Of a stretch of 39,389 nucleotides of DNA, positions 26,564-36,272 are shown piece by piece (the first letter of the stretch is position 1; each line of letters begins with the position of its first letter). A program made the position numbers and the translations under genes. This DNA comes from Escherichia phage vB_EcoP-Ro103C3lw. The notes under the pieces are model-generated. The model had not been told where the DNA came from. It searched no databases and saw nothing but the letters and a program-made list of their open reading frames with translations. The stretch is from the sequence record MN067430. One strand, 5' to 3'.

Positions 26564-28846
26564 ATGGCTAGTAATATCGAATCAGCATTAGCTAACCGGA
26601 CTATGGGCCGTGGTCGCGCTCCGGGTAAAGCTATCAGTCTGGATTATCAGGCTGCAAACGTACAGGGGCAGACAGGAGATTCCGGTCTCGCCAAGGCGCT
26701 CACGGACTTCGTGTCAACAGGCGCTGGCGTCTACAAGCAATTTCAGGAGAAGGCCAAGAGTCTCGGAGACGAGCGGTCCAATGAGATTATTCGTAAGCTG
26801 ACTCCTCAGCAGAGACGTGACGCCATCCAGAATGGGACACTCCTGTATCAGGACGACCCGTATGCGATGGAGGCTCTGAGAGTCAAGACTGGTCGCAACG
26901 CTGCCTATGCGGTAGACGATGAGATTAACGTCAAGATTCAGAACGGTGAGTTTCGCACTCGTCAGGACATGGAGGAGTACCGCCACCAGCGACTGCAAGA
27001 TGCCGCTAAGTCTTATGCGGAAGAGGCTGGGATTAACCCGGCAGATGAACACTTCCAGCGTGGATTTAACGCAGACATCACCGACCGTAACGTAGCCATC
27101 TACGGGTCGTTCAATAAGTATTTCTCTAAGCAGTCCGAGAATACCGCTATGCTGAACACCCGTGTCGAGCTGAACTCGTTCCTGAATGACGGGGACCTGA
27201 TGCGGTCGCCCGAGGCTGGCAAGTCGTTCATGGCTTACATGCGTGATGGCCTGACCACTGCTGCCATCCCGTCTGACCAAAGGGCGACTGAAGTCATCAC
27301 CCAGACGGTACGGGATGCAATCCAGAAGTCCGGTGGCTCCAACTTCCTACAGCAAATCCGACACGAACGTATCACGCTTAACGGTGTGGACGCTACAGTA
27401 GAAGAGATTGTGGGACCTGAGGTCTTCAATGCTGCACTTATTGAGGCCCAAGGCACTGAGTATAAACTGGTAGCCAAGTATCAGGAAGACTTGTCACTGG
27501 GCGTTCAGTCTGCGATGCTTCAGGATGACCCGACCATCGGTCTGGCCCAAATCCAGAAACTCAAGGCTCAGAACAACCAGCTTCAGCCGGGTGAGGAGAT
27601 GACGCCACAACGTCAGATGCTTATCAACGCCGAGGCCAGTCTCTTAGAGTCCGTGAAGCGCAAGTCCGCTGAACAGGCGAAGGAAAACACTAAGCTCATC
27701 CAGACGCAGAACAAGCAACTGGTCATCGACCAAGTGTATCAGCGACGACTGGCTGGGGACAACGTGTCCACCAACTATGAGGACCTCCCGGTCTCTGAGG
27801 CTACTGGTGAGTTCAAGCGTTCGGACATGAACAACTACGCTATGGGTAAACTCCAGCAAATCGACCAGATGGACATCCCGCAAGCTGCGAAGGATGCTCA
27901 GAAGGTGGCGCTGCTGCGAGCTGACACCAATAACGGTCCGTTCCGCAACGCCTTCCAGACGCTTACGCAAGATGCTGCTGGTGAGTGGCAAGCTGCGGTC
28001 ATCCGTGGTCAGTACGACCCATACAAGATGCAGCGCTTCGAGTCTCTGCGCAAGGTCTACACTCAGGACCCTTCCAGCTTCGCGGCTCTCTACCCTGACC
28101 AAGCCTCTCTGTTCACTACTTTCGAGCAGATGGACAAGATGGGTCTGGACCCTCAGACGATGATTGACGCTGACAAACAGGCTGCAAGCCAGTCCCGTGA
28201 GATGCGCATTGAGTCTGACAAGGCGTGGCAAGAGCTGAAGAACGACTCGAAGAACAAGGACCTCTCGCGGCTTCCGACGAGTCTGGACGCAAGTGCTCGT
28301 AAGGTCTGGGACTCATGGTATTACCGTACAGGTAACGCTGATGCGGCGACCCAGAACACACAGAAGTGGCTGAACGAGAACACCGTGACTTTCAGTGATG
28401 AAGGTCAGGATGGTAAGTCCATCGGCATGGTGTCTAAACATCAACTTATGGTCGGGGATAACCCTGAGTCATGGCAGGTGGGTCGAGACATTATCGACAC
28501 CGCTCGTCAACAGCTCATCAAGACTAACCCTTGGGTCGTGAACTCTCAGCTCTCTGTAGTTGAGCAGAACGGCTCGGTCTTCCTTCAGGACGCTACCGGG
28601 ACTATTCGTATTCGATACGATAAAGAGCTGGTAGGCAAACTGTACCGTGAACAGCAGAAGCAAGCTGAGGATAAAGCCTACGCTGAGGCCGAACGTAAAG
28701 CCAACACCCGCGCTCGCATTGTCGAGACTAAAGCGGCTGGTGATAAGCGTCGTAATGAGCGTGAGGCAAACGTCCAGAAACGCGGTGGTCTGTACGGTGA
28801 TGTCTCGCTGGAGGGTATCGCAAACACGCTAATAGGTAAGGAGTAA
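26564..28846 (+). CDS. gp15: Internal virion protein C (T7 gp15 homolog)
   Basis: 760 aa (T7 747 aa); position; SD aggagg. Confidence 0.85.
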   Translation: MASNIESALANRTMGRGRAPGKAISLDYQAANVQGQTGDSGLAKALTDFVSTGAGVYKQFQEKAKSLGDERSNEIIRKLTPQQRRDAIQNGTLLYQDDPYAMEALRVKTGRNAAYAVDDEINVKIQNGEFRTRQDMEEYRHQRLQDAAKSYAEEAGINPADEHFQRGFNADITDRNVAIYGSFNKYFSKQSENTAMLNTRVELNSFLNDGDLMRSPEAGKSFMAYMRDGLTTAAIPSDQRATEVITQTVRDAIQKSGGSNFLQQIRHERITLNGVDATVEEIVGPEVFNAALIEAQGTEYKLVAKYQEDLSLGVQSAMLQDDPTIGLAQIQKLKAQNNQLQPGEEMTPQRQMLINAEASLLESVKRKSAEQAKENTKLIQTQNKQLVIDQVYQRRLAGDNVSTNYEDLPVSEATGEFKRSDMNNYAMGKLQQIDQMDIPQAAKDAQKVALLRADTNNGPFRNAFQTLTQDAAGEWQAAVIRGQYDPYKMQRFESLRKVYTQDPSSFAALYPDQASLFTTFEQMDKMGLDPQTMIDADKQAASQSREMRIESDKAWQELKNDSKNKDLSRLPTSLDASARKVWDSWYYRTGNADAATQNTQKWLNENTVTFSDEGQDGKSIGMVSKHQLMVGDNPESWQVGRDIIDTARQQLIKTNPWVVNSQLSVVEQNGSVFLQDATGTIRIRYDKELVGKLYREQQKQAEDKAYAEAERKANTRARIVETKAAGDKRRNEREANVQKRGGLYGDVSLEGIANTLIGKE

Positions 28847-28848
28847 GT

Positions 28849-29298
28849 ATGAACAACGAGACAGCCAGTGAGAGACTGGCACGTCTTTCCAAGGTTACGT
28901 ACACTGGCTGTATCGAGTTCACAGGAAAGTTGGATAGCAATGGGTATGGCAGGGTTATGGTGGACAGGAATAGACACCTAGTTCATCGCTTGTCCTACCA
29001 GATACATAAAGGCCCAATCCCTGATGGAATGGTTGTGATGCACTCTTGTGATAATAGAGGGTGTATAAACCCTGAGCATCTTTCAGTTGGAACTCAGCGG
29101 GACAATATGCAGGACAAGATGACCAAGGGTAGACAGTCCCGTGGAGCGAGACTAAGGAAATCGTCATTGACGGATTTAGACATTATGGCGATTCGCTCAA
29201 GCCTCTCATCTACTTCAGAGCTATCCGATCGATACTCAGTAAGTAGAGTAACCATCCGCAATATTCAGAGGAGAAAGACATGGCAACACGTGGAGTAA
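28849..29298 (+). CDS. HNH homing endonuclease
   Basis: 149 aa; HNH core VVMHSCDNRGCINPEHLSVGTQRDN; C-terminal helix-turn-helix-like segment LSDRYSVSRVTIRNIQRRKTWQHV; SD aaggag; last 19 nt overlap the gp16 start; no gene at this position in T7. Confidence 0.85.
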   Translation: MNNETASERLARLSKVTYTGCIEFTGKLDSNGYGRVMVDRNRHLVHRLSYQIHKGPIPDGMVVMHSCDNRGCINPEHLSVGTQRDNMQDKMTKGRQSRGARLRKSSLTDLDIMAIRSSLSSTSELSDRYSVSRVTIRNIQRRKTWQHVE

Positions 29299-32200
29299 GA
29301 AATGCAAATCCGGGCAATATCCGTAAGTCCAAAGACCAATGGGAAGGTGCTGTGGGCGATGACGGTGCATTCGTTATCTTCGATAGCCCTGAATCGGGGG
29401 TAAGAGCATTAGCGAAAAACCTTCAAAGCTACGGTCGCCAAGGTTATGACTCAATCGAGAAGATTATCACTCGTTGGGCACCTCCTAGTGAGAACGACAC
29501 TCAGTCCTACATCAACTCGGTCGTGGCGGCTACTGGTATTCCAGCGACCCAAAGTATCGACCTGAGCAACCCTGACGTCCTAGCCTCTCTGTCTGAGGCT
29601 ATAGGCTACCATGAGACTGGTTCCCGGTATGACCCTGAGGTCTACAAGACTGGCGTCTCTCGTGCCTTAAGTGGTGCTGGAGGCATCACCCCAAAGACCC
29701 CACCAGTAAGCGCTAACGTCTTCGACGCTCTCACGGAGGGCTTGAAGTCGAAACCTAAAGTCGCTCTGGGAGAGAACCTTCCGGGCGTTACTGGTATGAA
29801 CATCGAAGGTCAAGCACCTGAGGCTCCCAACGAGTCCTTCGGAGAGATGTTCTATAAGTCAACTGGCGAGACGCTGGACCAACGGGCTGACCGCTCTACG
29901 TGGTTCGGCTTCGGTGGAGCTGCTGAGGCTGAAGTGAAGAACTCTATGGTCGGCGTGGCTATCCGCGCTGGTCAGACGGAGGACTCACTGGATGTCATTG
30001 GCGACGTGTTCAACCCGACCCGCTGGAACAACCACAAGTGGTCCCGCGAGGAGTTAGACCAGATTCGTAACGCTGGGGTCCTGCCTCAGTATTACGGGGT
30101 TATCACTGGTGGCTCCCCTCAGAACCTGACCGAGCTGATTAACTTGGCGCTGGAGAACCAGAAGTTAGACGCTGAGAAGGCTAAGGCCGGGAGTGGCGCT
30201 CAACTGGCTGCTGGTGTAATTGGTGCTGGTGTGGACCCTCTAACCTACGTTCCTATCGCTGGACAGGTAGGCAAGGGTGGTAAGCTCGTCAACAAGATGT
30301 TCACCGTGGCTGCTCAATCTGGCGCTCTGGCTGGTGCCTCTGAGTTGGCTCGCACCTCCGTTGCTGGTGGCGATGCTCATGTGGCTGAGGCTATTATGGG
30401 TGGCGCTCTATTCGCTGGCGGGATGACTGCTATCGGTGATGCTATCGGCAAGGCCCTCGGTAAGTCTACCAATGAGTTCGCTGGTCCGGCTACACGTCTG
30501 GAGGCCCGTGAGACTGCTCGTAACGTAGATGGTCAGGACCTGTCCCGTCTACCAATCCGCGAAGGAGAGGAGACCTTCAGTCACCAAGGCGTTAAGTTCG
30601 CTGACGTGCCGAATGAGCCGGGAAGTGTTCGACTGGAAGACGGTTCAATCCTGATTGGTGAGAATCCTCTGAACCCTAAGACACGTCAAGTCTTCGACGA
30701 GGTGATTGAGCCTGAACGTGCGGCTGCTGGTGTCAACCTTGGTGGTCTCACCGAGATTGGCCTGAAGCTCCTGAGGTCTGAGAACCCTGAGATTCGCGGA
30801 CTTGCAGCTGACTTGGTGCGTTCGCCTACAGGTATGCAATCAGGTGCGAGCGGTAAGATTGGTACTACAGCGTCAGACGTATTCGAGAGACTTCGTGCAG
30901 TGGACCATCGGTTCTACAACGACATCGACGATGCGGTGACTCAGGCCCTGAGGGACCCGTACTTCCAGACCAACTTTAACCGTGACACTGGCGCATTCCG
31001 TCAGGACATCTACCAGCGTGTAGCTCTGGCGATTGAAGATGGGAGTGGAAACCTGAAGGCTGAGCTGACTCCGGGTGAACTTAAGGTCTATGACCTGCTG
31101 AAGAACCAGTTCGACGCTAAGCGTGAGATGATGGAGAACCCGGCGATGTTCGGTAGAGTGGACGCTCAGTCTATCTTCCCCGGTAGCCGCTTCAAGGGTA
31201 CTTACGTGCCTCACGTCTACAGCAACCAGATGAAGCAGCTGTTCATCAACGAGCTGGGAAGCCCTGAGGCTCTACAGGAGGCCATCAAGAAGTCGTGGCT
31301 CACGAGCTATGCGTCCAGACCTGAGGTCAAGGCTCGTGTAGATGAGGCCCTGCTGGAAGCTAACCCGAACCTGAAGCCTGAGGAACTTGCGGCTGCGGTA
31401 GATAAGTATGCCAACGATAAGGCTTACGGTATCTCTCACACCGACCTGTTTGAACGCTCGTCCGTCATGGAGGAGAACATCAACGGTCTGGTGGGTCTGG
31501 AGAACAACAACTTCCTTGAGGCCCGTAACCTGTTCGATAGCGATATGTCTATCATCCTGCCTAATGGTCAGCCGTTCAACGTGAATAGCCTCCGCGAGTG
31601 GGACATGGACAAGATTGTCCCGGCGTACAACCGTCGAGTCAATGGGGATATTGCTATCATGGCTGGGACAGGGAAGACCACTAAGGAGATGAAGGACACT
31701 GTAGAGACCATGATGAACCGTGCTGGCGATGACGGTAAGCTGAAAGGCGAAGTGGCGACTCTGCGTGATACCCTGAAGATTCTGACTGGTCGTGCTCGAC
31801 GCGATGGTGCTGACGATGCGGCTTTCTCTACCGTGATGCGGACCATGACAGACCTGTCCTTCTTCGCCAAGAATGCCTACATGGGCGTACAGAACTTGAC
31901 GGAGATTGGCGGGATGCTGGCCCGTGGTAACGTCCGTGCGATGCTGCATGGTATTCCGATGTTCCGTGACCTCGCCTTCCGCAACAAGAAGATGGGAGCC
32001 TCGGAGATTAAGGACCTGCACAACGTGGTCTTCGGTAAGGAGCTTGACGACTCAATCCGTCCGTCCAAACAGGATGTCATCGACCGTCTGCGAGCGTACA
32101 GTGACCTGAGTAAACCTGTGGCTACTGCTTTAGGTTCTGTCAAGTATTACACTGGTGAACTTGCGGTCCGCTCTCCGTTTACGAAAGTCCTTAACGGGAC

Positions 32201-33176
32201 GACGAACTACCTGTTAGACGCCGGACGTCAAGGCTTCTTGTCTGACATCGTGGAACATAGTCTGACTGGCAGTAAGCGTAAGTTCGATGACCGTTGGTTG
32301 AAGACTGCCGGTATCTCCGCTGACCAGTGGAAGGGCATTAAGTCCCTAATCCGTGAGTCGGTGACTCGTGGTCCAGATGGGAAGTACACCATCAAGGACA
32401 AGAAAGCGTTTAGTCAGGACCCAAGGGCGATGGACCTCTGGCGTATGGGTGACACCATCGCTGATGAGACCCTGCTCCGTCCGCACAAGCTGAGCAACAT
32501 GGACGCCAAGGCTTACGGTCCTCTCGCTAAGACTGTCTTGCAGTTTAAGAACTTCGTTATCAAGTCTATCAACGGTCGAACCATGCGTACCTTCTACAAT
32601 GCCACCAAGAACAACCGAGCTATGGATGCTGCATTGTCAACGGTTATGTCTATGGGTCTGGCTGGGATGTACTACATGGCTCAGGCGCACATCAAGGCAT
32701 ACGCTATGCAGGACGGTCGTGACCGTGAGTACCTCAAGCAGGCCCTGAACCCGACGATGATTGGCTATGCGGCTCTGTCCCGTAGCTCTCACCTCGGTGG
32801 TCCTCTTGGGGTCGCCAACATTCTGGGTGGCATCGCTGGGTATGAGGACACTAAGTTGCTCCGTTCGTCTATCCTTCCGCGCTCACCTACCGAGAAGCCT
32901 GAACGTGCCATTTCCTATGGTGCTGCTAAGAGCGACCCGGTTATGAACGTGGTAGGCAACTTCCTTGAGCAGGTCCCAGCTTTCGGCTACGCTGCTAACG
33001 TTGGCGCTTCGGCTTACAACTTGGCTGGCTACCTCAAGTCTGATACCCGTGTGAACGAGCGGGACTACATGACCGGGATGTATAACACCTTCCGCGAGCT
33101 GGTCCCGAACGACCCAATCACTCAGAAGCTCCTGCTGGGAACCTTTGAGGAACAGGGGATTCACATCAAGGATTAA
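29280..33176 (+). CDS. gp16: Internal virion protein D (T7 gp16 homolog)
   Basis: 1298 aa; from about residue 190 onward collinear with T7 gp16 (RSTWFGFGGAAEAE, PTRWNNHKWSREELDQIR, AGVIGAGVDPL, RLEARETARN, DLVRSPTGMQSGASGK, GTYVPHVY, SRPEVKARVDE, AYGISH, NGDIAIM, FFAKNAYMG, NGTTNYLLDA, DPRAMDLWR, LRPHK, ALSRSS); N-terminal ~150 aa not recognisably similar. Confidence 0.93.
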   Translation: MATRGVRNANPGNIRKSKDQWEGAVGDDGAFVIFDSPESGVRALAKNLQSYGRQGYDSIEKIITRWAPPSENDTQSYINSVVAATGIPATQSIDLSNPDVLASLSEAIGYHETGSRYDPEVYKTGVSRALSGAGGITPKTPPVSANVFDALTEGLKSKPKVALGENLPGVTGMNIEGQAPEAPNESFGEMFYKSTGETLDQRADRSTWFGFGGAAEAEVKNSMVGVAIRAGQTEDSLDVIGDVFNPTRWNNHKWSREELDQIRNAGVLPQYYGVITGGSPQNLTELINLALENQKLDAEKAKAGSGAQLAAGVIGAGVDPLTYVPIAGQVGKGGKLVNKMFTVAAQSGALAGASELARTSVAGGDAHVAEAIMGGALFAGGMTAIGDAIGKALGKSTNEFAGPATRLEARETARNVDGQDLSRLPIREGEETFSHQGVKFADVPNEPGSVRLEDGSILIGENPLNPKTRQVFDEVIEPERAAAGVNLGGLTEIGLKLLRSENPEIRGLAADLVRSPTGMQSGASGKIGTTASDVFERLRAVDHRFYNDIDDAVTQALRDPYFQTNFNRDTGAFRQDIYQRVALAIEDGSGNLKAELTPGELKVYDLLKNQFDAKREMMENPAMFGRVDAQSIFPGSRFKGTYVPHVYSNQMKQLFINELGSPEALQEAIKKSWLTSYASRPEVKARVDEALLEANPNLKPEELAAAVDKYANDKAYGISHTDLFERSSVMEENINGLVGLENNNFLEARNLFDSDMSIILPNGQPFNVNSLREWDMDKIVPAYNRRVNGDIAIMAGTGKTTKEMKDTVETMMNRAGDDGKLKGEVATLRDTLKILTGRARRDGADDAAFSTVMRTMTDLSFFAKNAYMGVQNLTEIGGMLARGNVRAMLHGIPMFRDLAFRNKKMGASEIKDLHNVVFGKELDDSIRPSKQDVIDRLRAYSDLSKPVATALGSVKYYTGELAVRSPFTKVLNGTTNYLLDAGRQGFLSDIVEHSLTGSKRKFDDRWLKTAGISADQWKGIKSLIRESVTRGPDGKYTIKDKKAFSQDPRAMDLWRMGDTIADETLLRPHKLSNMDAKAYGPLAKTVLQFKNFVIKSINGRTMRTFYNATKNNRAMDAALSTVMSMGLAGMYYMAQAHIKAYAMQDGRDREYLKQALNPTMIGYAALSRSSHLGGPLGVANILGGIAGYEDTKLLRSSILPRSPTEKPERAISYGAAKSDPVMNVVGNFLEQVPAFGYAANVGASAYNLAGYLKSDTRVNERDYMTGMYNTFRELVPNDPITQKLLLGTFEEQGIHIKD

Positions 33177-33194
33177 ACCCTCACTATAGGAAAC
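33172..33194 (+). promoter_or_regulatory. Phage RNAP promoter (gene 17 position)
   Basis: gattaaaccctcactataggaaac; +1 G at 33189; leader contains the hairpin gggacgctaccacaggtccc. Confidence 0.8.
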
Positions 33195-33240
33195 GGGACG
33201 CTACCACAGGTCCCATTTATTTCAACACTAAGGAGAACCA

Positions 33241-35331
33241 ATGGCTAATACCACTATTACGCAGTTCCCTACTGGGCAGACTCAGTACAAGATTAACTTT
33301 GACTATCTGGCCCGGACCTTCGTGGTGGTCACTTTAATCAACAGTGCTGACCAAGCGGACAACAAGGTCCTGACGGTAGGTAATGACTATCGGTTCATCA
33401 CTGCCACGACTATTGAGCTTCTGGCCGACCAGACGGGCTTCGATATTGTCCAGATTCACCGCTTCACGGGGACCGGACTTCTGGTCAGCTTCCGTGACGG
33501 CTCGGTCCTGACTGCCAACGACTTAACCACGTCCGAGCTTCAGGCTATCCATATCGCCGAGGAGGGCCGAGACCAGACTTCAGGTCTTGCCAAGCAGTAT
33601 GCGGACCAAGCGATTGCTGCTGGTACTGACGCTCAGTCTATCTTAGACAACATCATCAAGATGGGAAAGAACGGTTACACTCCAGTTGGCTCCTTTGAGG
33701 CCGGGGCGACCGTCAACCTTCAGAATGACGCTGTTCAGTTTGGCACTGGTGCTGCTATTACTCACTGGCGCTGGGAAGGCACACTACCTAAAGTCGTTCC
33801 ACCTAACTCGACACCAACGTCTACTGGTGGTATCGGTCACGGTAAGTGGATTGACGTAACGGACGCGACTCTGCGTGGTGCGCTGGCTCAACTGACTGGT
33901 GCCTCTCTGGTCATGACCTCTAACGGTAAGACCGTGGAGGAGCGCCTGTCTGGGACCTTACGTGTCGTGGACTCGGTGAAGGACTTGGAGTCGCTGGTTC
34001 CGCAGCAGGACGGTGAGATTGTCATCGCTCGTTGGGCTGCTTATCCGAAGCTGGTGGGCGTCAACTGTGGTCCGGTGGGCGGCGGTATGTTCATCGCCTA
34101 CAACGACAATCCGGCAGTCCCTAAAGATGGTGGCTTCTTTGTGGACAGTCCGTCTCCGACCCTTAAGTGGCGACGTATGGCTGAGAACACAGGCTATTAT
34201 CCGGTTGCTTGGTGGGGCGTAATTCCTGATCACTATACCGATAACGCTGACAACATCACTCGTGCGCACAACTTTGCGAAGCGAGCTTGGCGTGTTCTTC
34301 AGTACGACTTCGGTACATACCTGACGTCCAAGGCTGTTCCAATCTACAGTCGCATGGGCATCAAGGGGACCGGACGTGCTGACGGTACTGTCATTGCCAA
34401 GACCACGAACGATGCGTTCAACCTGCTCAAAGCTGACGGCACTGTAGGTGAGGCCGTGGATGCTCTGGCAGTAATGGTCCCTGATGCTTACGACCGAGCG
34501 TCTCCTTACATGGACAGCTTCTGTATCCACGGACGTATCGAGGACATTATGTTTAAACGTAATGGTCTCTCAGAGGCTAACTACAACACCATGCGTCCTC
34601 AGTATGGTCTGTTCATGAACAAGGGTGGCTCACCTGTCCTCAAGCATACCAACTTCGAGGGTGCGTATATCGGCATTCGAGCCTACGTGTGCTTCTCGTC
34701 AACCATCTCTGCGGTCGCCACAACCAACTGGCGCGGCAAGGGTTACGCTGGTCTTTATATTGAGGACTACCGTGATGGCAGCTTGATGTCTTCAGGCACG
34801 AGTAATGACATCCGTCTGTTCCAATCCCGAGGGTATCAGCATGGGGTAAGCATGTCCCGTATGCAGTACACCACGATGATCAACTGCTCTGTAGAGGAGT
34901 GCTTCAAGTCTCCGGGTGAAACTTACGCTTACGCCTATAAGTTCATCGACCCGTTCTCTATTCATCTCTCCACCTGCGCGACTGAGTTCGTTGAAGGCGG
35001 TCAGATTCAGATTACAGGCTTCGCTAACCCCGGATTCAGACCGTCCATCACTATCACCGAATACTTTGCGGTTGACCAGCAGAACCCTGCTACGGCCCAC
35101 AATATCATCGACATTGATAATGGTGGTGTTGCACGGTGTACGGTCAAGGTTATTGGTGGTGACTGGACGCATGACCCTCGCACACCTAACGTGGGTTCCC
35201 CTAGAGCTGCTGGTTCTGGGACTGTAGTCACTACTATCGGGACCACTGGCGCTGAAGGTCCTAACTGGCTGCTGAGCGGTGGTGCTAAAGTGGTTGACAT
35301 CGAGAACGCTACGAACACACGGAGTTCTTAA
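33241..35331 (+). CDS. gp17: Tail fibre protein (T7 gp17 homolog; N-terminal anchor conserved, C-terminal region divergent)
   Basis: 696 aa; N-terminal ~150 aa ([14 protein letters not shown]...VLT.GNDYRF...[12 protein letters not shown]...IHIAEEGRD) matches T7 gp17; the remaining ~550 aa show no T7-like similarity. Confidence 0.9.
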   Translation: MANTTITQFPTGQTQYKINFDYLARTFVVVTLINSADQADNKVLTVGNDYRFITATTIELLADQTGFDIVQIHRFTGTGLLVSFRDGSVLTANDLTTSELQAIHIAEEGRDQTSGLAKQYADQAIAAGTDAQSILDNIIKMGKNGYTPVGSFEAGATVNLQNDAVQFGTGAAITHWRWEGTLPKVVPPNSTPTSTGGIGHGKWIDVTDATLRGALAQLTGASLVMTSNGKTVEERLSGTLRVVDSVKDLESLVPQQDGEIVIARWAAYPKLVGVNCGPVGGGMFIAYNDNPAVPKDGGFFVDSPSPTLKWRRMAENTGYYPVAWWGVIPDHYTDNADNITRAHNFAKRAWRVLQYDFGTYLTSKAVPIYSRMGIKGTGRADGTVIAKTTNDAFNLLKADGTVGEAVDALAVMVPDAYDRASPYMDSFCIHGRIEDIMFKRNGLSEANYNTMRPQYGLFMNKGGSPVLKHTNFEGAYIGIRAYVCFSSTISAVATTNWRGKGYAGLYIEDYRDGSLMSSGTSNDIRLFQSRGYQHGVSMSRMQYTTMINCSVEECFKSPGETYAYAYKFIDPFSIHLSTCATEFVEGGQIQITGFANPGFRPSITITEYFAVDQQNPATAHNIIDIDNGGVARCTVKVIGGDWTHDPRTPNVGSPRAAGSGTVVTTIGTTGAEGPNWLLSGGAKVVDIENATNTRSS

Positions 35332-35371
35332 ACTTTGGGTCAAGGACGACCCGTTTAACAATGGAGGTATT

Positions 35372-35566
35372 ATGATTGAGTTCGACTTCAAGAATGAGGT
35401 CCTCAAAGCCTCGCCTATCGTCGGGACCGCTGCGGCTGATGGTGCCAGTCGGTTCTTCTTTGGGTTAACACTCAACGAATGGTTCTACGTCGCTGCCATC
35501 GCGTACACCGTGGTGCAGATTGGCGTCCTAATTTACAAGACGATTAAGAGCGGAGGTAAGACATGA
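35372..35566 (+). CDS. gp17.5: Class II holin (T7 gp17.5 homolog)
   Basis: 64 aa from ATG 35372 (SD ggaggt); KASPIVGTAAADGASRFFFGLTLNEWFYVAAIAYTVVQIG is near-identical to the T7 holin. Confidence 0.9.
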   Translation: MIEFDFKNEVLKASPIVGTAAADGASRFFFGLTLNEWFYVAAIAYTVVQIGVLIYKTIKSGGKT

Positions 35567-35826
35567 CGCAGATGGACTTAGAGAAGTTCCTGTTAATGCT
35601 GGACACCGAACGTGCTCGACTAATGCTGCAAGACCTGCGGGATGACTCTAAGCGTTCGCCCCAGCTCTACAACTCCATCGAGAAGCTGCTGGCCCGTCAC
35701 AACTTTGTGTTAAGCAAGGTGTCGGTGGACGAGAAGCAGTTGGCAGACATGGAGGCGCTGAACCGAGAGTACGACAAGGTTCTCTCAGCGACCGAGGATA
35801 ATGACACCGGGTATGGTGTCCAGTAA
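35563..35826 (+). CDS. gp18: Terminase small subunit (T7 gp18 homolog)
   Basis: 87 aa; F.LMLDT..A..ML.DL.D..RSPQLYN.I.KLL.RH.F matches T7 gp18; ATG overlaps the holin stop (ATGA). Confidence 0.88.
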   Translation: MTQMDLEKFLLMLDTERARLMLQDLRDDSKRSPQLYNSIEKLLARHNFVLSKVSVDEKQLADMEALNREYDKVLSATEDNDTGYGVQ

Positions 35827-35882
35827 GTGTTAGACTCAAGGTCATCTATTGGTGGCCTTTATGATTAACACTAGGAGGTGGT

Positions 35883-36254
35883 ATGGTATCGGAAGATGTT
35901 ATAAAGGCTAACGTTCAAGCTGCTCGTAAATTACGAGAGGAACGGGAGGAACGAAGAAAGAGGACTAAGCGCATTTCGCAGATAAAGAGCCTATATGGTC
36001 TCACGCTTGAACAGTTCGAGGACCTGATGGACTCGGTGGGAAGCTCATGCGAGATTTACAAGACTCCGCTTAAAGTAGGTGGGAAGAAAGGAGATACAGA
36101 CTCTGCGTGTATTGACCACTGTCATTCCACTGGGGTGATTAGAGGGGTTTTATGCCGCAAGTGCAATGCAGCAATTGGCGCACTGGGAGATACTACATCT
36201 AGTGTCCAGCGGGCTGTTTCATACCTAGAGAAGACGCTTGTACGTCGATTCTGA
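35883..36254 (+). CDS. Endonuclease VII-family protein (recombination endonuclease VII-like zinc/HNH-type nuclease)
   Basis: 123 aa; SLYGLTLEQFEDLM....SCEIY..........CIDHCHSTGVIRGVLCRKCNAAIGALGD fits the Endonuclease_7 family pattern (YG.T.E.Y......C..C.....DH.H.TG..RG.LC..CN...G); SD aggagg; no gene at this position in T7. Confidence 0.75.
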   Translation: MVSEDVIKANVQAARKLREEREERRKRTKRISQIKSLYGLTLEQFEDLMDSVGSSCEIYKTPLKVGGKKGDTDSACIDHCHSTGVIRGVLCRKCNAAIGALGDTTSSVQRAVSYLEKTLVRRF

Positions 36255-36272
36255 GAAATGAGGAGGGCAACT

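Noticed and set aside
31272-32021. 249-aa minus-strand ORF, plus other long antisense ORFs (12982..13641, 33958..34530, 34792..35475, 27644..28231, 26714..27280)
   Set aside because: All are antisense to strongly conserved plus-strand genes (gp16, DNA polymerase, gp17, gp15), and no promoter or RBS was seen.
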